Shown one piece after another: positions 56,650 to 64,000 of a DNA stretch of 64,000 bases. The translations under genes were made by a program, and so were the position numbers. Positions within the stretch are counted from its first letter, which is position 1. The number at the start of each line of letters is the position of its first letter. The stretch comes from Octopus vulgaris (taxonomy: Eukaryota), in contig OX597839.1 of NCBI GenBank assembly GCA_951406725.2, positions 19,716,001 to 19,780,000 on the forward strand, in the 5' to 3' direction. The notes under the pieces were generated by a model. The model did not search any database, was not told where the DNA came from, and saw only the letters and a list, made by a program, of their open reading frames with translations.

Positions 56650-56800
56650 GACAGGCTTCTTTCAATTTCCGTCTACCAAATCCACTCGGAAGTGTTTGGT
56701 CGGGCCGAGCATATAGTAGAAGACACTTGCCCAAGGTGTCACACAGTGGAACTGAACCCGGAACCATGCGGTTGAGAACCAAGCTTCTAACCACACAGCT
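56385..56800 (-). mobile_element. family K SINE
   Basis: similarity to other copies. Confidence 0.8.
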
Positions 56801-57107
56801 AAGCCAGCACTTAATTATTTATAACTACATAGTACACACACAATCACACACACAGTCGTATGGGCACACACACACACACTCACACACTAAGTAATAGTAT
56901 ATGAAGACTTAGCAACTTCGATAAAGCACCATTGAGCTCTACCTTTGGTGTTCGAGTACTATATTCTCCTTCTTGTTTTGTATCTTTCTGCAAATACGCA
57001 TGTATGTGTGCGTGCGTGAATATATGTATCTATACCCATACATCTATCCATCTCTCTCTCTGTCTGTCTGTCTATCTCTCTCTCTCTCTGATAAATATAT
57101 ATATATT

Positions 57108-57355
57108 ACGGAGATGTACTTGCATAGTAAGTGACCTGAGATCTGAGATCGTGTGCTCAAACAAAAGAAATTGCAGCGTTGGAAGGTGTTTATAAACCGT
57201 TTAAAAACACACAAAATTCGTTAGATTCATTTCAACATTTAAATTTAATTTGTCAAAACATTTTCGTCGCTTTGAGACCGCGATCTGTTCACTGACAGAA
57301 TTTCGTGCTGCATCTCTCTTAATTGGCTTATAAACTCCTTCCACGCTGCAATAGT
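57108..57355. mobile_element. mini-element with internal inverted repeat
   Basis: ATTGCAGCGTTGGAAGGTGTTTATAA (57170) vs TTATAAACTCCTTCCACGCTGCAAT (57328). Confidence 0.45.
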
Positions 57356-57404
57356 TACATATATATAGTCACATAAGTACATTCATATATAATGATAGCC
57401 AGAC

Positions 57405-57436
<32 letters not shown>

Positions 57437-57459
57437 CGACAGAACGAGATAGATAGATG

Positions 57460-57526
<67 letters not shown>

Positions 57527-57761
57527 CGGTAGAGATAGATTATTAGAGATACTGAAAGTGACAGAGTTACAAAGAGGGGGAGAGATAAGCTGTCACCACA
57601 TACATCACGATCATACCTACCTACGTAGATGCATACATACATACAAGGAGAAACTCAACGATATACATACAAGATTCTGTATACACACAACGGTCACCAT
57701 TTAGTTTCCATATATCAATAAATATATTTCTCTACTTAGAGAAAAAAAAAAAAACACTAAC

Positions 57762-57868
57762 AAGGCATGCAAGTAATCGCCAGGTTTAATGGCCACCAAA
57801 ATAGCAGCAGTTTGCTGTTCCATCAATTGACTCGGCACCCCGCTGCTCCATTTAGTCACGGTGCACAA
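57762..57868 (-). CDS. candidate host exon (107 bp), product unknown
   Basis: ttgtttacacAG acceptor; LCTVTKWSSGVPSQLMEQQTAAILVAIKPGDYLHA; GTTAGT donor; single open frame. Confidence 0.4.
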
Positions 57869-58060
57869 CTGTGTAAACAACAATTTCTATTTCATGAGGG
57901 AAGTCAACCAATCACATCACAATTATTGATTAGTAAACAGAAATGTTTGTTTACTGTTCGAGTTTATGTGTCTTTGTTCACATTAACTCGACACGCTTGC
58001 GCCTAAGTGTGCCAGGCTGTTTGGTTATGAATATATACATATGTAAGCATAAATACACAT

Positions 58061-58108
<48 letters not shown>

Positions 58109-58500
58109 CTGTGAACACACACACAAACACATACATCTATATATGTATATATATACATATATATAATACACACACTCACAGACACACACATACACAGGTA
58201 TATATATGTATATATATATATTCATAAATATATATATATGTATCTGCTTGTTTTTGTTTTGTATGAGTGTTTCTATCTACCTATCTTTCGCTATCTATCT
58301 ATCTATCTTTCTATCTATCTATCTATGTCCATCTACCTATCTATCTATGGTAAATAATTTTCCTGTGGTTTTTCATAATTTTATCTATCTGTTTATCTAT
58401 ATATCTATCTACACATCTATCTCTCTATCTCTGTATGTGTGCGTGTGTACAGATATAGATAGATAGTTACATTCACACACAAGCATACACACACAAGCAT

Positions 58501-58562
<62 letters not shown>

Positions 58563-59074
58563 CTGCATAGGTATACTTCTACACATATATGTGAGTGCAA
58601 TGCAGGTGCTTGTATGCGTATATGCCGTAATCTGTAGATATTTTTATCTACACATTTACATGTCTGTGCTTATGCATGTGCATATATATGTGTGTGTGTG
58701 TGTGTTCGTGTGAATGTGTATGTGCGCGTGTGTTTGTGAAGAGAGGGCGAGAGGCAGATAGCCAGAGAGATAAGCCAACGAACAGTGAAAGCGTGGTAGA
58801 TAGATAGAATGTGAGATACACAACATATATCCGCGAACGCTCATACATTTATTAATACATAGATAAAACCATACAAATGTTAATTCGTTCATTCCATTAT
58901 ATCCGTTTCATTCGAATAAAAGTGTTTTATTTGAAGCTGACTGAAGCTGGTGACAATCATCTTCAAACAGCCACCATCTTGAAAGCGAAACTGGTGACAG
59001 TTGAGAGAGGTAAACAACGGATATGGCTAAAAAGGACGATGAAACCTATCCAGAGAAAAGATGAGCCAGACAGT

Positions 59075-59545
59075 TGCTAAGCTCTGGATAGACAGTGTAT
59101 CCAATGGAAGGCCATATGTTTTTTCAGTAAGACTCTGCACGATCAAACATGGCTCTAGTAACACAGGAATGAATGGCTGAAAATTTTCCTGATCACATAA
59201 CCCCCCAACATTTGGCCTCCTAATTCCTCAGATCTCAATCCATTGGACTATTACATTTGGAGCATTGTTGAGGGGTCAATGAACATGCCTGTAACACCAA
59301 AGACTCTTTGAAAGCTGCCACAATCAGAGTAATGTCCAAAATGAACCAGGACCACTTGATTCAAGCATGTAGTTGATTTCGATCTCATATAGAAGCAGTT
59401 GTTGAAGCTGGAGGTGGCTTTATTGAATAACATAAAAAAAGGTTTATTTTTATCCTCATAGCATTTTTTGATACATCAAGAACTTATCTGTTATTATATG
59501 TTTTTTTATAAACATAAATGTCCTCAAATATCTTATGCACCCTGT
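59075..59545 (+). mobile_element. Tc1/mariner (maT/DD37D-like) transposase C-terminal remnant with TIR-like end
   Basis: WIDSVSNGRPYVFQ*DSA..TQEWMAENF..WPPNSSDLNPLDYYIWSIVE..IEAVVEAGGGFIE; ends ATGCACCCTG. Confidence 0.85.
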
Positions 59546-59561
59546 GCACACACACACATAC

Positions 59562-59614
<53 letters not shown>

Positions 59615-59617
<3 letters not shown>

Positions 59618-59780
59618 GACGAGCCTCTTTCGGTTTCCGTCTACCAAATCCACTCTCAAAGCTTTGGTCAGCCCTAGGCTATAGTACAAGACACTTGTTC
59701 AAGTTACCACCTAATGGAACTGAACCCGGAACCAAGTGGTTGAGAAACAAGCTTCTTACCGCACAGCCTCGCCTGCTCGC
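59615..59780 (-). mobile_element. family K SINE 5' half
   Basis: similarity to other copies. Confidence 0.7.
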
Positions 59781-59980
59781 ATGCTTAATACATCAGTTAC
59801 TTGGATAGGATTCTGTCTAGGTTAGTAAAACATAACCACATATCCACACAAACAGAGTGAACGAGAGTAAAAGACATACAAAACGCAGACACATATATAA
59901 CGAGAAAGGAAGGACTAAGCTATTGTTGGACAAGACATACCTATGCGTCTGTCCCTTCCTTTCTTTCTTGCTTGCTTTCT

Positions 59981-60017
<37 letters not shown>

Positions 60018-60160
60018 TATGTATGTGTGTGTGTGTGTGTGTTTACATGTGTATATAGCAGAAACTATAAATTCATACACACCACACACACACACAATTT
60101 ATATATGCATACATATAATACATATATATATATCCAAGTATATTCCTATATTTATGTATT

Positions 60161-60321
<161 letters not shown>

Positions 60322-60642
60322 AGCAATTTGCAATACCTGAAATATCTGAAATATATATACGATGTAGAACGCAGATAACTCTGCAGTTATTTAACTGAAA
60401 GCCTTGGCTGCAGGGTTTGAGAAGTGCTGAAAACACCGCATTGTTGTCTCCCATAAAGAGAAAAATAATTGAAAATCTACTTGCAGATAATGTGTTTTGG
60501 AGATAACTACCTTCTTATCAAAGAACTACTTGCATTATTCACTTACCTACATACATGTATCTACGATCGTACACACATATGCCTGTATATGTATATATGT
60601 ATATATATGTGCGTGTGTGTCCATATATACATACATACATAC

Positions 60643-60673
<31 letters not shown>

Positions 60674-61199
60674 AATAGTCATATGTATATATATATGTAT
60701 AAATAGTCATATATATATATATATATTGCACTATTCAGTTTTCTATATATGTATGTGCGTGTGTATGTGTTATGTACAAATATGTATATATATATATAAA
60801 TACATATATGTTTGTGTGCGTTCGTGTGTGTGTATGTGTGTGCATGTATGTGTGTGTATAACGATGATAGGATTAAAGGTTGTGGTATCACATGTATCCG
60901 ATCGTTTCGATTACCGATGGAATTATTACTAGAATCATCGTACTGGATCATGCGTAGAAGAATTATAGAAGTTATATAAAGAAGTTATGTAAAGATTCTA
61001 TAAGATTATATAAATGCGTATGTACTTATATACATATATGTATATATATATATATAGATATTATGTATATATAAATGTAAGTATGTATATAAACTCACAT
61101 TACACAAACACAAACATACATATGGCTGTATGTATATACTAGATGTGAGAACTATTTGGGGATATATTTGGTAACTTAATTAAACAATTCTAATCTAGC

Positions 61200-61700
61200 A
61201 AAAAGTAGATATGTTAAGTAAAAAGGCGGACACATTTTCGCGATAAGCTTCTTATAAGATAATTCTATGAATTTGCCTTCAACTTCGATGGCTGCTTCTA
61301 TGCAGGACCGGAATAGTTGGCGTAACTTCACTAAATGTTCCTTCTTCCATTCGTGCATCACCTGAACAATGTTCGCTTTAAGTGAAGCTATGTAATTGTG
61401 TGAATTTCGATCAGTCGTTCTTACAACTACGCTCAAAACGTTGTACTGCGTAGGATTTTAAATCTGACTGTATGGAAGTGGTTATTTTGGTGTTCCATGA
61501 TTATAAATAATGTCTAACGTCTATTCTTGCACCACGTGTCTTCGTGGAAAGGCGCTGAGTTTTTCTGAAAAACGTATGGCCTTCCGTTTTATATTGCATC
61601 CATCCAGGGCTTTAAAGCTGTGTACAGCAGCATTAATTAAAAGATCTTGTGGAAAGAAGCGCGATGGCATTTATCTTTAAGCACTGTGTTATGGGGATAA
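61200..61700 (-). mobile_element. degraded Tc1/mariner transposase remnant related to 59075
   Basis: SLKANIVQV..FRSCIEAAIEVEGKFIE. Confidence 0.7.
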
Positions 61701-61782
61701 TAAAACTAATGGAACACTCCTCCCACGTGACGACTGGTATGTGCTAGTCGTTACAAATACTGTGAAGTCGAGAATTCGGAGT

Positions 61783-61945
61783 CATCATCATTCATCATTG
61801 TTCGACCGTGGTCGAGACAATGGAATTTACCATGCTACGCCAGACTTCACGGTCCATCATGGCATTACGGTGGTCCTGTTGCTGGATGCCTGTATCCCTG
61901 GAGATTACATCAGGGTAGGAGAGTGTGCGCCCTCTGGAGTAGTCG
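61783..61945 (-). mobile_element. RTE-like LINE 3' end
   Basis: RGRTLSYPDVISRDTGIQQQDHRNAMMDREVWRSMV..* followed by a (TGA)n-like tail. Confidence 0.7.
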
Positions 61946-61949
61946 GTCA

Positions 61950-62125
61950 CTGACAGCTGATGTTGGTGTGTTTATGTCCCCGTAACTTAGCGGTTCGGCA
62001 AAAGAGACCGATAGAATAAATACTAGGCGTACAAAGAATAAGTCCTGGGGTCGATTTGTTCGACTAAAGGTGGTGCTCCAGCATGGTCGCAATCAAATAC
62101 CGAAACAAACAAAAGAGTACAAGAA
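61950..62125 (+). mobile_element. family K SINE 3' half
   Basis: similarity to other copies. Confidence 0.8.
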
Positions 62126-62307
62126 TATTATAAGATAAAAAAACATCAAGAATGCCTTTTCTGCTATCAACTCTCTCCTCTCTATAAGAAAGATTTGAAT
62201 TTGTAAAATTGTGAATTTAGCTTAGTTTATTTATTTCAAGTTATGCTGAACTGATGATTCGAAGTAAGGACGAAATAGCTCCATACATGGATAGCGATGG
62301 CCTAAAT

Positions 62308-62407
62308 NNNNNNNNNNNNNNNNNNNNNNNNNNNNNNNNNNNNNNNNNNNNNNNNNNNNNNNNNNNNNNNNNNNNNNNNNNNNNNNNNNNNNNNNNNNNN
62401 NNNNNNN
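62308..62407. other. assembly gap (100 N)
   Basis: N run. Confidence 1.
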
Positions 62408-62936
62408 AAACACGCATCAACAGCTCAACACAGAACGTATGAAAATCCATGGAGCGTGACCAACAAGGAAGAATTATTACAACCACATGTAGCAGACAGT
62501 GGCGTCACCTAACGAGCTTTCTATAAATTTATCTCTGATATCCCAATTTAGCTGGAGATTATGACTATGGATTTTCCGGGATGTAAAAGCTAAGAAACTA
62601 CTTGAAACTTGAGATTGAATATCAAAACGGCAATTTCGAAACAGCTAGTTACAATTTGTGAATTTAATTAGTTCTCAACGAGATAATTGCTTCCCTTTGA
62701 TTAAATCTACCTTGATTTATCGTCGAATGCCATGCGGAAAACATTTAAGATATCCGTGTTTTAATTAGACTCTTTAATAAGCTTAGCTTTAATTTTAACT
62801 GCTAATATGCTATCGCTCCTAAGCCCTGATAACAATTAAGTTATATACGCCGTTTGTACCCCTTTTCTCAAAAGTACTCCCAATTTTAATTTCAGTTCAG
62901 CGACTTACTATTTTACATGCTAAGATTTGAACTGAA

Positions 62937-63419
62937 GGTGTTGAGCTGGCAGAAACGTTAGCACGCCGGGCGAAATTCGTAGCCGTATTTTGTCTGCCTC
63001 TACGTTCTGAGATCAAATTCTGCCAAGGTCGACTGTGCCTTTCATCCTCTCGAGGTCGATAAATTAAGTACCAGTTACGCACTGGGGTTGTTGTATTCGA
63101 CTTAATCACTTTGTTTGTCCTTGTTTGCCCCCTCTGTGTTTAGCCCCTTGTGGATAGTACAGAAATATGTATTTTGTTTGCCGATGCGTTCTGAGTTCAA
63201 ATTCCGCCGAGGTCGACTTTGCCCTTCATCCTTTCGGGGTCGATAAATTAAGTACCAGTTACGCACTGGGGTTGATGTAATCGACTTAATCACTTTGTCT
63301 GTCCTTGTTTGTCCCCTCTATGTTTAGCCCCTTGTGGGTAATAAAGAAATAAGAAACGTTAACACGCCGGGCGAAATGCTTAGCAGTATTTCGTCTGCAG
63401 CTACGTTCTGAGTTCAAAT
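62937..63419 (+). mobile_element. family M SINE trimer (third unit partial)
   Basis: junctions at about 63168 (GTATTT site) and 63352 (AGAAACG site). Confidence 0.85.
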
Positions 63420-63544
63420 ATATATGTATATATCTGAATATATATGTATAGAGATATCTATATATATATATATATATATATACATATATGTCTCTCTCTC
63501 TCTCTTTCTCCTTCTCTCTCTCTCTCTCTCTCTCTCTTTCTCCT

Positions 63545-63575
<31 letters not shown>

Positions 63576-63757
63576 TATTTATATACATTTAAAGTCGGGA
63601 AGGCTGGTTTATGGAATTACCTTAGGGTCTCCCGTCCCTGAAGGTTTTTGTGTCCCCCACACAGGCCTTTCTCATGTTCAAAATATACTGCGTCTTAGTT
63701 TACTTCTTCTCCGGATATATGTTTTCTACATACCATATATATATATATATATATATA

Positions 63758-64000
63758 GACAGAGAAGGGTGGCGAACAGCTGGCCACTAGGGTGCCAGCA
63801 CATGCGAGACCAACAGGATCTCTGCTGCAGAAGACCGCAGGCAAGCCAGCAAGAACAAAGCTAACAACCCTGTAGCAGGCGCTATTATTCCCTGTCCACA
63901 CCGTCAAAGACTCTTTCGGGCGCAGATTGGCCTCACTAGCCATCTGCGGACTTACAAAACATGCCCACCCCGAAGGATGACTAGATGGTCTTCGTTGCAT
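63758..64000 (+). mobile_element. RTE-clade LINE 3' end
   Basis: DREGWR..PCPHRQRLFRAQIGLTSHLRT (decayed C-terminal C2H2 finger). Confidence 0.8.

Noticed and set aside
62231-62486. ORFs spanning the N run
   Set aside because: Gap artefact.

Overview
AT-rich animal genomic DNA dominated by microsatellites and dispersed repeats. The repeat landscape resembles an octopus/cephalopod genome; this is inference only. Almost every ORF in the track is a translated microsatellite. Real coding remnants come from mobile elements: a gag-like L1/Tx1 ORF1 with a CCHC knuckle, and CR1/L2-like, R4/Dong-like, RTE-like and Tc1/mariner fragments. There are also a few weak candidate host exons on the minus strand. 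The most interesting signal is a possible SINE-head-targeting retrotransposon system with three parts. (1) An ORF1-only 2.2-kb element sits beside the A-box of a tRNA-derived SINE with a perfect 15-bp TSD. (2) A Tx1/L1-like LINE 3' end is homologous to the tail of a second SINE family. (3) That SINE forms concatemers with fixed junctions at many loci, including a 185-bp tandem array. A second theme is short elements carrying Penelope-type minimal hammerhead motifs, one apparently intact and one fused to a tRNA-like head. SINE family letters (K, M, R, V) are my own labels. Coordinates of degraded repeats are approximate.
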